Shown: positions 1 through 13,300 of the stretch, piece by piece
Numbering within the stretch: position 1 is the stretch's first letter
Layout of the letters: each line of letters opens with the position of its first letter
NCBI GenBank assembly: GCA_047495785.1
Contig: JBLDXI010000004.1
Coordinates: 2,883,462-2,947,461, forward strand
Direction: 5' to 3'
DNA from: Lepidodermella squamata
Taxonomy: Eukaryota > Animalia > Gastrotricha
DNA length: 64,000 nt
The notes under the pieces: model-generated
The model's input: only the letters and a program-made list of their open reading frames with translations
Told to the model about the DNA's origin: nothing
The model's database searches: none
Made by a program: the position numbers and the translations under genes

Positions 1-310
1 TGAGAGCTCGCCCACTCGCTTGTCAAAAGTTCGGATGTGCGGTAAACGTTTTTCCGTTAATTCTTCACGCGAGAAATCCATATCTAGTCGATAGAGAATT
101 TTCGGAACTTTCTTTTGGTATAAAAACCGCCTAAATAATCAAAATTTGCCCTTTGACTTTACCGCACGCGGCCTTGAAATTTCCATAGTTGTGCGCGTTT
201 TGTCCACTTTTACCCTCCGACTGGACGGAACTAATATGGGCCTGGAATTGAGCTATTAATACAGTTCTGCCCTTTATTATTTCAAATGATCATTGCTGTC
301 TGCCCTTTAT

Positions 311-1619
311 TCCGGTTGCACATTTACGGATCCGCGGTGGTTTCCTCCGGTCACTAAAAAGCCGCGAAATGCTAGTTTTCACTAACAATTAATTGCCCGC
401 ACGCTATTGGTCGATTCAAAAATAAGCGCGGGAGTCGCATTAATGCCACAGCGAAACAAAATAACCGTCGACTTCACAGATTCATGGTTAATAATGCAGA
501 CCGGCGCAAATAGAAGAGCCTCATTTTTAGATGCTGTTACAAGTGGATTTTATGTGAAAATGATTGGAACAATTTTCCAAAAAATCCCAAATACAGTGAA
601 ATCAATAATTGGAAAAATTTGCAAAGGCTGTGATTTTCACCCGAATATCAACATTTTCCTGGCTGAAAATTAGAAAAATTTGGCATAATCACCCAAAACG
701 ATCGCCCAAAAATTCAACGAAAATTGTCAATGAAAAGCGCGGAAAAACTGGACGCTAAATCACAGGTGGACTAGAATTTTGAATATCAATAACAAGTTTT
801 TTGTTTTATACGGGTGAGGTTGTCACAAGTCATTACACATTACAGTATGGCAGTTTTTACGTTCGTTCATGCTGCTTTCGTGGCTATAGTTTTTTTCCTT
901 CAGTAGTAAAATATCACATAGCAATAAAACTTGCTAACGCTATTTTTTGCAACACACAACAATTTCCGCGCATTTATTAATTAGGTCACTACACACAAGT
1001 TATGAATGGCTTGCAGCCAGCTCAGTGCGTGCATTGCGATCATCTTCCGTTCTTATTTCGACAAAAATTAACGATAAAATTGGGCCTTCGAAATTAAAAA
1101 AAATAGGGGTATTTCTTTCTGCCATTCAATTGAAAATTATAACTTAATTTGTGGCCATCGATTTAAAAGCAGCAAATGGATATTAGGCAATTTTTATTTA
1201 TAATTTTGCAAAATGCCAAGCGTAAAATTTGTCGCATCAAGGTGATTTAAATTGCTTGCAAATTGAAGCCTTGGCTTATTTTTTCCAATAATTTTTGCTA
1301 AATTTTTCTTTCGAAATAAATAATTTATTCATTTCTTAGTGGAGTAATTTTCACAATAAGTCAATTTTTGCAGTTTGTGAGAATGTAGGATGTAGGTCTT
1401 AATATTCCCGTCTTAATATATCCGTCGGTCTTGACTTTTAGCCACAAACCTGCAAAGTCAACCGTTGTTTTGTTTTACAGTGGCATTAGTGCGGTTCCCG
1501 CGTTTATTTTTGAATCGACCAATAGCGTGTAAGCAAATAATTATTATGGAAAACTAGCCTTTCACGGCTTTTTAGTGGCCGGAGGAAACCACCGCGGATC
1601 CGTAAATGTGCATTCCGGT
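311..1619. repeat. Diverged ~195-bp inverted repeat pair (311-505 / 1425-1619), probably long TIRs of a decayed non-autonomous DNA element
   Basis: gcacatttacggatccgcggtggtttcctccggtcactaaaaagccg and acgctattggtcgattcaaaaataa recur as reverse complements at 1500-1619; no ORF between. Confidence 0.7.
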
Positions 1620-3704
1620 TCTGTCCTACATTTGGGTCCTGCCTAATAATTCGTAAAATACGGTAAATTACGTGAACACAGAGATGCAAAATCCTTGATG
1701 AAAACAGCTTTTGAGGATGAATTTCGGTCTGCGATGAGTTGACGAAAACCAGCCTGGTTTGTCGCAAGAATTTCATGAGCTAAAAAAATGAAGTATGAGC
1801 GGACACCGCCGATTCGAAAAAATGGAAATGTGGCTCTTTTGGCGAAAATCGCCACGGTTGACTGCTATAATTAGTGATTTTCGCGTAAAATATCTGAGAA
1901 ATGTATGACGAAGTTTTTCCGAGGTATGCTATAGCTTGACGACCCGCACCTTAGTGGGTCAGCTCATGCTACTTTTCGATCAGATTAATAAGGATAAGAA
2001 CCGCATCCGATTAAAGGCCGCCGAGTTTTTGGGCCTTTTCCAGAAAATAGTCGCATATTCAACAACTTATTCAACAATTTATCATAACTGATAACTGACA
2101 TGGAAATTCAATGTTTGGATCCTATCCATAGATCACGGACCTCCATGATCCCATAAAATCTCTACATGTCTTCTTCAAAGGCAATGCCGCCATGATATTC
2201 AAAAATCGGCATAAACAGCTCAAAATCCAACTCGAATGATAACTCGAATCAAGAATTGGAAAATTTGACGCGGCTCTGTGAGCACTGGTTTGTTTATCGC
2301 GCACTGGCTAAGCGTACACAAAGTGTGTTAGGATGATTGGCTACTTGATCACAGCGAGCGTTAAAATCTAGGTGTGCGTGACGCAATCACGTCCAGATAA
2401 ATTCGGAATGGTGAAAATTTGTTAAATTTTCCAAAAAAATCATGAATCGTCTTCATGAAAGAAAATTGAAATTTCAACTAACCATGATCTCGCCTTCTTT
2501 CGCACAGCCAGGGATGCCCGGTCGGCATATCGCTGCCTGAGTCGCCAATCGGTAGCACAATCTAGCAGTCTGTGGATGTAACACAATTCAATTAACAATT
2601 CAAGCCGCAAACACAATCGAAAAAAGAAACTCACCGATGTCATGCACTTTGATTTATCCGACCAACTTCCGCCGAGCTGGTGAAAGAGAACAACTTGAAA
2701 ATTATTTAGGCAGGTTAGAAATTATTAACCTGGTATTCGCTCAATTGAAAACAGCCGTTTGGTAATTCGCGGCAACTCGTGAACGTATCGTCGAATTGCG
2801 AGAAGCAGCGAGCCCATTCGCCACACCGAACCGTATCGATTGCGAAGAAAAAGACGAGGAAAATTGGCTTCATTATCACACAAAGTAAGCGTGGAAATAA
2901 TAAAAGTGAAATCAGCGTTTGGAATGAACAATTATTAAAAACATGTTTTGAATTTTGAGACGGAAGCGCGTGGCTATATTTTCAGGCACGTGGAAATAAT
3001 TTCCATTGTAGGTGACGGATTATTTTTTTAGTTGTAGTTTTTGTGAATAGTTTTCATTCATCGCCAATCGCCATTTAATAAATGAGCAAAAGGTCACCGA
3101 CCCCACGACCTCAGCGCCATCAGTATCATTGCGGCGCGCTACGCACAAAAATAGAAGAAAAAAACGGTTGTCATTCATCGATAACAGGGCATCAGTGCGA
3201 AAAAATTCAAATTCGATTAAAATATGCATTACTGCGAAAAAGCAAGAACTGGGCGCTCTAATTAATTAATTGGAAATTTGGTTTTCTATTCTTAATAGTG
3301 CGATGCCCTTGAATCAGTCATCATCGTCTTTTCAATGCAAACTGGGCGAGCATGTCTTCGAATCCGGAACTAGGTCAACAAGAAAACGACCTGACCCAGG
3401 ACGAAAGCGACTCAAAGTCCAACCGCGACCTCGACTCGAGTCAGACGGGAGCACTCAGCAGCCAATCGCGTGCGGTCATTCGGCAAAGCAGCAAAAAAAA
3501 CAAAATAAAAGACCTCACATCGCAATAAACTGGATGAAACTGGATGAAGCAGTTGATGAAAATGACGGAATACACCTGACAAATTATGAAAACATGATTA
3601 ATTGAAATATAATAATAATGATCTTTACTCTTTACTCTTCGTGACTGAGCGTCTAGTACCGTTCCCGGTTTTGAAGAGGCGAAGGCAGGCGAAGATTGAT
3701 CCTC

Positions 3705-4013
3705 AGGCAACTGGGGTAATTATAGCCGTTGACCATTTCTTCTGGGACTCTCTTATCTATCCAAGCTCAATTCAAAATTTCCCTGAGCCATTCAATATTG
3801 GCGTCGCTCAGAGGTTCGACCATTTCGGGTCTTACTTCATCTATACCCGGGGCTTAACCGTTTTTCATGTGGTCGATGGCATTTTATATTTCTGTAATTT
3901 CTGTTCAATTTTGATTTTTATCTAATAGAATTTCATCGTCGGGGTTATTAGGTTCCTTTTCAAGTCCTTGTAATAGATCCATAAAATAAGTTTTAATTAC
4001 TTCTAATATTTCC
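3705..4013 (-). pseudogene. Degenerate non-LTR retrotransposon (RTE-like) reverse transcriptase N-terminal fragment
   Basis: Minus-strand translation EILEVIKTYFMDLL...ITEI*NAIDHMKNG*APGIDEVRPEMV...IEWLREILN*AWIDKRVPEE/WSTAIITPV matches the KxGKAPGxD...PxxWxxAIIxP region of LINE RTs, with stops and a frameshift. Confidence 0.75.
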
Positions 4014-5087
4014 TAAAATTTGAACCAAAACCCCAAATTGAATTTCTGGGAGTTTATTAATGGCACTATTAAGCTGATCTGCTTGCCTGAACTTCATGGT
4101 TTAGCTGAGCTGGCTGCAAGCTGAGCTTGTTACTCGAGTCGAGGCTATGTGCACCCCCTGAAAAAGGTACCACTAAGTTGCTATGCGTACCCTTTTACTT
4201 TCAGGGGTACAACAAATTTGCTGTGTGTACCCACCTTAGAAAACGTTTAAAAAATATCGTAAACGATCTGAAATTATGAAATTTTGACCCTTATTAGCGA
4301 TTAGTTATTTTTAGATCTAATTCTTGGCAGCTCCGCATGACAAATGCCCATCCTCACCTAGGACCAGGCCCAAGCCCAATGAGAATTGCATTGAAATAAG
4401 AATTAAAATTCAGAACCATCCAGGACAACTTCAGATATAGGTTGGTGTTCTCCGAACAACTGCAGCTCAAATCCAATAGGCCTCTGTTAAAAGACGTTCG
4501 AGAGCACGGTGATATAGACGAAACTAGTCTCGAACAATTCTGGCGCGAGAACAAATATTGTACGCTGGCGGCCTCTTGCCTCTTGGATTTGTGCTACGGT
4601 TGTTTAGGACACTTGTCCCTGTTCCCTGTTATTGAAACCGGCTCGAAATTCCTCGATCCTTCTTGGTTATGATCCCAAAGGCGTCATCCACGCGTCGGCC
4701 ATCCGGTGACACTTTTTAGATTTGTGATTGCTTCATGTTTAAAAAGCGAACGAAACCACTTGGACTTGGACCAGCGACTTGGAAAGGGTGGAGGACAAAC
4801 GCAGAGTGATTGAGTTCACAAAAATCACGAACGAAATCAGTCTTCAATTTACCGTAAATACGATTTGAAAGGCTAGATCGAAGTCCTATAGGGCATGGTC
4901 TGAGTTCTCTTGAGATTTCAAGACCGGTTTGCACTGATTTGAGTCTGCTAGGACATTTTCCTGAAAACGATCTTCAAAAGCAAAAGAATACAGCGCCTTA
5001 TAATCAACTTTGCATCCCGCAGTTCATCCCGCAGCTCATTCCGCACAGTGTCATCCCGCACTTAAGGAGTATGAAATAAAGAAAAAT

Positions 5088-5160
5088 CGGACGCGGGCGG
5101 GACTCAAACCAGTGACTACAATCACCAAACACGCACACTAATCGATTGCGCCACCGGTCC
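5088..5160 (-). mobile_element. tRNA-derived SINE head or pseudo-tRNA
   Basis: Reverse complement has A box TGGCGCAATCG and B box GGTTTGAGTCC; cloverleaf imperfect; adjacent CATCCCGCA repeats at 5013-5060. Confidence 0.5.
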
Positions 5161-7300
5161 AATCACAATAAGATATACAGAACGGCGATACTTGGTTCGC
5201 GCAGAAATTGCGTGCTAAGTCAGTCAAATTGGCGTGCGGCCAAGGCTAAAATCGCGATTCCTGAAGCTGATTTCGACGCGATCGGCGGCGAATTTGGTTT
5301 TTATAAGGGATCATGATGTCGTTTCGGTATCTCTAAAACGGCGAAACGACATTTTCCAGGAAATTATCCGCAGAAATATTCACAAAAATAGCGTTAACTC
5401 AGAGAGCGAAGTGCCGCTGGGGATGGTAGGGATAATCCTTTCCAGTTCCATCGGTGAACTCAGTCAAAAACCAAAGAGGGGACCCATATGTCGATTTTCC
5501 TTATCCTTACCAGTTCCGCTGTCCTACTTCGCTATCTGCTAAAGCTCGCTGAAAACAGACTGAAAATGCGCTCAAGAGCCCAACAGACTGGAAATTACAA
5601 GAAAAATATGTTCAAACAGCGTGATATATTTGAGCTTTGACGCAGAATTTCGAAATTCTGAGCATCTTTTGCCACCCAGAAAAATGATAAAAACGAAAAA
5701 CCGCAAGATAGAAATAATTTTGATTTTGGCTTCCACGCGTCTAAACATCAAGGCCCGCTCCGGCCTGTTTTTAAATAACTACAAATCCGGCTCGGCTCGG
5801 CCCAACAAAAGTATCATCACCTGTACTTTGAGTACAGCATCTCTCCTGTACTATAAGTACAGTAATTTATTTATTTATTTATTCCTAACTCGAGTAACAT
5901 TGGGCCGTGCGTATATGTGTACAGCCCGATTTCTACAGTACTCAGCTTAACACGTTTTTCAACGATCGATTCGGTTTCGGTTGACTGATTCAGCTTGACA
6001 ATCGGCTAAATCGGCTTTGTTTGAGTTGACGTTTCGTAGCGCTGAACTCGTTCTTTGATGATCCAGCGATCGCCTCCATATTCGTCCGCTTCCATCATAT
6101 CGAGTAGGAAGTCTCGTTCATTCGCATCGCTGTTGCGTAGCATCGCATACACGCCAACTGACACCGGCCCTGCCGATCCTGGCCATCAGATTTGCTTTGT
6201 ATTCCGGTACGAAACCATCATAACATTGCTTGGTATAGTACTCAGCAGGAGTCTCGGCGTAGAAGCAGAAGAATTTCGTGGTGTAGCCATGCCACGTGCA
6301 TGAATCGATGAATGGGATTGCCACGTGCTCGTAGTCGTAGTAGATTGATGACGGGCAGCTTGTTGTTGAAGCAGCTTTGTTTTTGGAAATATCTGACGAA
6401 GTTGGCGTATCGATAATAACAGCGGCAAAAATTGTTTGAAAATAATCAGAAGCGCGCGTTCTAGGAGACGGCACTGGAATCGAAAACGACAGTAACCTCA
6501 GCAATTTTTTTTTAATATTTTTTGGTGTGCTATGGCGTGTAACATCCTCGTAGCATCATCCCTTGTTACTCTTTTTTTGATGAAAGCCCGTGCTGGCATT
6601 GGTAACACTTTTCCCTGGTGGATAATCTGCATATGCACATTTTCTAGTGTGCGCGATTTGACAAAAAACGGATGACACGAGCTGGAAGCGATCTCTTTCC
6701 GCTTTTTCGCTCCATTCAAAAGTGTGTGCATATGCAAACCATCTTTATTTCTTTGCTGCATCTTACTAAAAAAGGTGGTGATTAATTTTTCCAAGAATAT
6801 TGCATCATTGCAGCAGTTATATTGCCCGTTTTTCTCTGCGGTAGTTCACTGCGATCAGGCTGGCTTTTGGAGGAGCATCTCGGCTCTTGAGAAATCCTAC
6901 AAACAGAGGGCGTTCTACGATGTCTTCAAAAAGCTGCTTTTCCAGGTTTTCTCAAGCGGCTAGGGTGCCCCTAAATTTTACAAAGTCTAGGGAATGATTG
7001 TTGAGGCCTCTATCACTTCTGATCAAGACGCATGAATGAAGTATGGAACGGCTTATGTGTCAATAAAAACTATCGATCGAAACAAAAAAATTTTCGGGAA
7101 GCGCGACCAAAACTGAAAAATAGCATGAGGATTTTTCGATTTTAAAATGAGCACGCGCCGCCTCATGAAGCCATATGTTTCACGTGGCGGTGTTTTTCTG
7201 CGCTTAAGAATGTTAACATCGCTTTCATTCACTTTAAATTATCCACGCATTTATTTTCAATTCTCAAGCGTTTTTCCATATTTCTATCTTTTGAAGAAAA

Positions 7301-10300
7301 ATGCGACAAGTTTTTGCGACATTGATATTTTACTCGGCGGCTGTTGAATGGGTGCTTTGCGGCGAATGGGCTCGCTGCTTCTCGCAATTCGATGACAGGT
7401 TCACCGATTGCCGCGAACTGCCGACCGGCTGTCAGCTATTAAGGGAATATCAAGTTCGTTCCAGCCTTAACGAAGTGGCTTAATTTAATTTTGTTGCTGT
7501 CAAAGGTCGGAAGCAGCATTTCTGATAAAAGCAGTTGTCTGAAAGGGGTGCGATTCCATTATTTTTATTTGATTTGATTATACTAGGAAGTTATTTCAAA
7601 TAGACTGCTAGGTTGTGCTACAATTATGACACTTACGCAGCGACTTGCAGGCCGGGATCACCTGGGTGTAGCAAAACAACCGAATTCATGGTTAGTCACA
7701 GGCACATATATGCCTGATTTTTTTTGTTATTTTTTAATAAGGTCCAAAGGTCGTCGTGGCCAGAAATTAGCTCATTAGAAGCGATCGTTATTTTTCTTCT
7801 GCGACCAGCAAAAAATCTCATTCATGAAAATCACGTATTTACGGAATTTACGCCGCGAATTTTATCGGTTATTTTGTTATCAATTATAATTTTTATTATC
7901 GATGGCAAATTAATTTTGTTTTCAATTATAATTTTTATTATCGATGGCAAATTAATTTATTATTCAAAAAAAAATTTTTCCATCGAAAGTAATTATTATT
8001 CACGCTTATGCTAAACACGTCACGTGATTTTTTACGCAAACCCGGATACCGCTAGCTTTGAAGCCGCTGCGTCCTTGTACGTCTCATGTCCGACAAGGTT
8101 TCACTTTTTTCTGAATTTATCCATTTCTGTCTTCGATAAATTCAAGGTTGGTGCATCCTACAACGGTGCGTACCCCTTCAGAACAAATCTGGCGGCTTGT
8201 GTTAACGACTTCACCTTATTCCCGGTGATCATCTATTTGTTGAGAATGATTAGAGAATAACAAGATTGTTCCCGCAGAATCGTAAATTCGACTCGTGTGC
8301 CGCTCAGCAGTTCGTCACTTGTGTGCCCAGTGAAGTTGCCTGCCCCAGCGGGGTGAGTACAAAGTATTTATCTACAGGGTGTTCTTTTTAAAACCGAACA
8401 TCCTGCCGTAGTCGCGAAAAATAAATTTGCCGGCTATTTTACAAAAATAATTTTACTAAAATAATTTTTTATCACTTTTAATATAAATTTTTAATTTTAT
8501 TTTCAATTGCACGATGCCCTTGAATTTTAGCGCGCGTTGCCACGTCGACGCGTCGGTTTTTAAATTTTAGCGGTTAAAACGCCTGAAATCAGGGTTTTCG
8601 CGCCTGGTTCCTAAGGTAACCGGCAAGCGCGCGGCTCCTTTCCGCGCATCATTCAAGTCAGTTAAGCGAGCTAAATGTTTTAGCCGCGCCGTTTTTTCTT
8701 ATTCGGTCTCAGTTTTCGCAATGTGGTATACCCAAAATCGGTGAAAAGAGCCTTAAATTGCGCTTCCTTGCCGTTGAAATCCACCGCTGGAATCAAAAAG
8801 ACGGCGGTGCAACGTGGTTTTCTGCTGTCTTGAGGAGTCTAATGATATAACAAGCGGCCTTGAAAACTTGTCGCTCAAGTTTCAGTCCGCGGATCAGAGA
8901 AACGCACCATTTTCTGGGCGAAATGCAATGCAACTAGCTGTTTCACGATGAAAAGGGCAGTGGTATCATGTAAATAAACGGAAAGCTGGGGGAAACATGT
9001 CGAATTTACTGGCATAGATGTTGCTGATGCGGAAGACACGTTGCCTTCCTTCATTATCCTTGATGTTCTCTCATCCTTGTGTGATACTTCGTCGTCCGCA
9101 GTGAGGCCGTAGCTAACTTCTATAGACTAATTAAAGCTGATCTCAAAGGCGTTACCACCGTTATCATCAAAGCTGTCTCGTAGAACATGTTCATAATATC
9201 AAAAAGAAAAAATACAAGGTATTTTAGATTACGATGATTTAGCCGCTCAGTTCATTTCGTTTGCTGCTGTTCGTAACATCAGTCATGTTCCTTACTAAGG
9301 ATAGTGGTTTACAAGTCAGCGTAGCTTGGTGCTTAGTAAGGACTGTCATCCTAATAGTCATAACTATGGACACTCACTCTTCACTCTACGCCGCGTCTTT
9401 TAAGGTGCACGGGTCCATCTGAGATCAGATCCTTAGATCGCTCAGTCTGAAGCGGCGAAGTCTGAGTAAGGATTGTTGAGTAAGCCATTCCTACCAAGCA
9501 TACCAGTGACACCGCGTCCTTACTTGGAAGCCATCTTGCTAAGGATGTCTTGCTTAGTAAGGACATCCTTAGTAAGGAATTCCTTATAGCAAGATTGCTT
9601 TCAAGTAAAGAGAGCGCTTAGCATCTCTTTTACTCATAAATGCATCCTTAACATCCATAGCATGGAAAATCAACATCGCTAGGCTATGAACAGCCGTTTA
9701 TTTGCACCATTCAGATCAAGTTGAGTGTTTAACAAAACGTCATGTAAACTTTAACATCATTGGCAGCATCCGGCGCGCGGCGTGAGTCGTTAAGAGTGAG
9801 AATTTAGCATCATTTTCGGCGAAAAATTCAGTGGTATCACTGGATCCCACGGAGATTTGAAAACAGCCGATGACTGAGACAACGCTTAGGACTGATAACC
9901 GAGATCTTATTCAGACATTGATCACTCGTTTGCGGCGGCGCAGGGCAGCGGCGGGAATATTCCGTGGTATGCCCGTGTCCTGTCATCCATTTCCCTGCGG
10001 TAACCGCAGTTACGGGCGGATGTAACTGTTTGTGAGACTGCGGTAACAAAGCAAGTTTAACACCACGCCAGTCTTTGTCTTTTATATGCATCCCTTTGAT
10101 CTCTGATTCTACGCGTCCTGTAAGAACAGTCCAGCATTCTCGCATAGATTTTACGTTTCTTGTAATATTTTAGTGGTAAACTATTTGATTGATGTAACTT
10201 CAAGCGCAATAAATCACAATAATATAACGCGCCCCACTCCCGGAGAAATAGAAGAATAAGCGAAAACAAACGATTTCAAACCTTAGCCCTAATGCGGCCG

Positions 10301-13300
10301 CTGAAAACCAGTAGCAGCGGCTGAAATGTGTCAACGGGTAAAGTCTTTTGCAGAATTTTAACACGATTAAAGCTATATATTCACACAATGCTTAAAATTC
10401 ATGCATCGACGTCATATGGCCCCATAAATCACGAAGGATTGCGGCTACAACGCGTTGAAACGTCCTCTAACAAGGATGGTATGGTATCAGAAAGCCGACC
10501 CAGCGCTCGAGTTAGGGCGGCAACACCAGCATTTTTCTGCTTTATTGTCAAACTGACATCTTCTCTTAGCAAGTTCACTTATGTTGGCCAAAATTTAACC
10601 GCTAAATTATTTGCTACGACCAAAAATATCCCGAAAAACCCGAAAAAACCCGAAAAATGCATGCCAAGCCACTTAAAGCGGAAAACCGCGTTGTCCAACC
10701 TAAAAGTAATGGTAACAAAGAAATATACAGTTTATTCTACAAGAAAACCATGAGAAAGATTGTTCTTACCAGATTATTTCATGAAATGGGCTATCCTTAA
10801 GGTTTCTGATCTGACTCAATGATGACGTCTAACCAGAGTGTGTAGGGCAGACGAAAGTCGATCCTGCGCTCGAATTACGGCGGCAACACTAGCTTTTTCC
10901 TGCTTTGTCGTCATATTGATATAGTCTCCAAGCAAAATCACCCAATTTTACCCATATCTGACCGTTGATTATTTCCCAGCATCAATAAATGTTCCGATAA
11001 ACCCTAATAACTCCATTTTAACGTCTAAATGCATCCTAAGCCGTAAAACGAGAAAAGCCACGGTGACCCCCCAAAAAGACATGGTAACTAAGAAATTTAC
11101 ACTCTATTCTACCAGAAAACAATGAGTAACAATGCTAATTAAGCAAAATTCATGACATGGACCATCTTGAAGATCGTTCATCTTGCCAGAGGATGAGATC
11201 TAACACAGCAGGTATGGCAGAAGGAAGTCCCTCCTGCTCACGAGTTAGTATGGCAACACCGACTTTTTCTTGTTTCATTGTCAAAGTATTTATGTCTCCT
11301 AGTGAATTCACTCATTTGAGCCCCCATTTGACCGCTGAATTGTTTGCTAACTTTGTAAATGTTCCGAATATCCCGAAAAACTCCATTTATCGACAGAATG
11401 CATCCATAGCAGCAGCAAGTGAAAAACCGCGGTGACCCTCCAAAAAGTAACGGTAACTAAGTAGTATTTACTCTGCTTTACAAGAAAACAATGAGAGACA
11501 GTGTTTTTGACGGGTGATTTGAAAGCATAGACCTCCTTGAAGATGGTGATAATGAGATCTATGCTCTGAAAGACCGGCTGGCTGTTAGGGCAGACGTGCT
11601 AAAAATAACCATCATCCTACAAAAACGGCTGTGGTAATCTTGTAGAGAATACATTACTGTACTTAGAAACACTGTTTCCGCAAGGCATAACCGCACTTAG
11701 GTGAAAGTTTCCGGGGTTAAACGCTTAAGATCTGCGAAAAACGGCATAAAAATGGCTTGTTTAGGCTTAGCGCATACGTCTAATTGAGCCATATTTAGAA
11801 AAAATGACGCCGGCTGCCTTATTAAATGCTTGAAATGCTATCAGAAAAACACTAACAAAGGTGTCGTCACCGGTGATAAAATGCGGAATTACGGGGATGA
11901 AGTTGCGCGCCGGGGAACTTGCGGTGCGCGGAGCGGCTACAACGCGAAAACGCGCGGCATCGCGCAGCACGCTTTTCCGTAGCAACAAAATTTTTATTTA
12001 AAAAAAATTATTAATATAATAAAATATAAATATTTTTAAAAGGATATTTAATTTTGTGCATAAAAATTTGCGGTAGCGCGCGATTTTCCAACGCGCGCGG
12101 CGGATGTTCGGTTTTAAAAAGAACACCCTGTATTGATCTTACTCTAAATTATCTAATAATATAGAGAAAAAATGCTATTGGTTTTGTGAGCTTGGACGCC
12201 TGCCTGAAAAGTATCAGCAGTAAGTTGATTTTCAAATGTAGAAATTTGTTTACCAACTTGTTTACTACAAAAAAAAGAAACATCGTAAAATTTCCTAATT
12301 ATGCATCGAAATTATATAAATAATTTTTAGATAGGTAAAGCCATGTCATTTATTGGAATGCTCGGACCAGCGACCGATGTGTTAGCCTCACTGAGTCTTA
12401 AAATTGACAAAAACCAACCTCACGTCTCATTCACTTGTCCTATCAGGCCTCGTCAATGCTAACATGAAATTTGGTTAGGAATGGACTTATTTTTGTTTTA
12501 TTCTTGAGAAATTATTTAGGACGGAACGACGAGACGCAGAGGTTTTTTCGCGCTGTAGCGTTAAATATTGCGAATTAGACACTCATATTTTTACTGTAGC
12601 TAATCCTAATAGCCTGCCGTATGGGCGCAAAAAATATTTGTCCCCGGATGTATTGTTACGTAACAGCAATTTTACAAAGTGGTCGGACGGAATGACGCGC
12701 AGGAATTCATAATTTTGAAAAACTATTTTTCGGCTTCAAATTCTCTGAATCTTCTGGGCGAAACAGCATGATCATATTTTTACATAGTCTACCAATGAGT
12801 AAATAATGAAAAAATGCATTCGGTAAGACCTGATAGCTTATTGTATGGTTACGCCGCATCACATTTCAATGTAGGGTCATCAGGACGGAACGACAGGACG
12901 GAACAACGCTCTGATTATCTCAGCAACCCTGAGGAATTTCAAAAAATAAATTAGATATTCTGAATGAGCGTGAAAAGTTAGGGCGGTGTGCAAATTTGCG
13001 CATGATTTGTGAGTGATTTGCGCGTGATTTCGGCATTATCTGCGCATACGGCTCTCACCCGTGTTGAGCGCGAAGTTCATGTGCGCGCGCGCACTCACAC
13101 GCACATGCACGCGCTGTTCCACTATCCCGCCTTATTTCTTCCCCATTTTGGAAGATAATCGCGCGCAAATTAGTATCCCTTTCTAACTTTTCATGCTGAT
13201 TCAGAATATCTAATTTATTTTTTGAAATTCCTCAGCGTTGAAAAGTTAATTTTTTGTCGTTCCGTCCGTCGTTCCGTCACGTGTCGTTCCGTCCATGTGA

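Noticed and set aside
4410-4970. Possible coding exons on the + strand
   Set aside because: In-frame stops and no identifiable family
6498-6794. Regnase/NYN nuclease resemblance
   Set aside because: Only a vague spacing similarity; the catalytic Asp motifs are not convincingly present
9290-11700. CRISPR-like array
   Set aside because: No constant repeat with unique equal-length spacers, no cas genes, eukaryotic context
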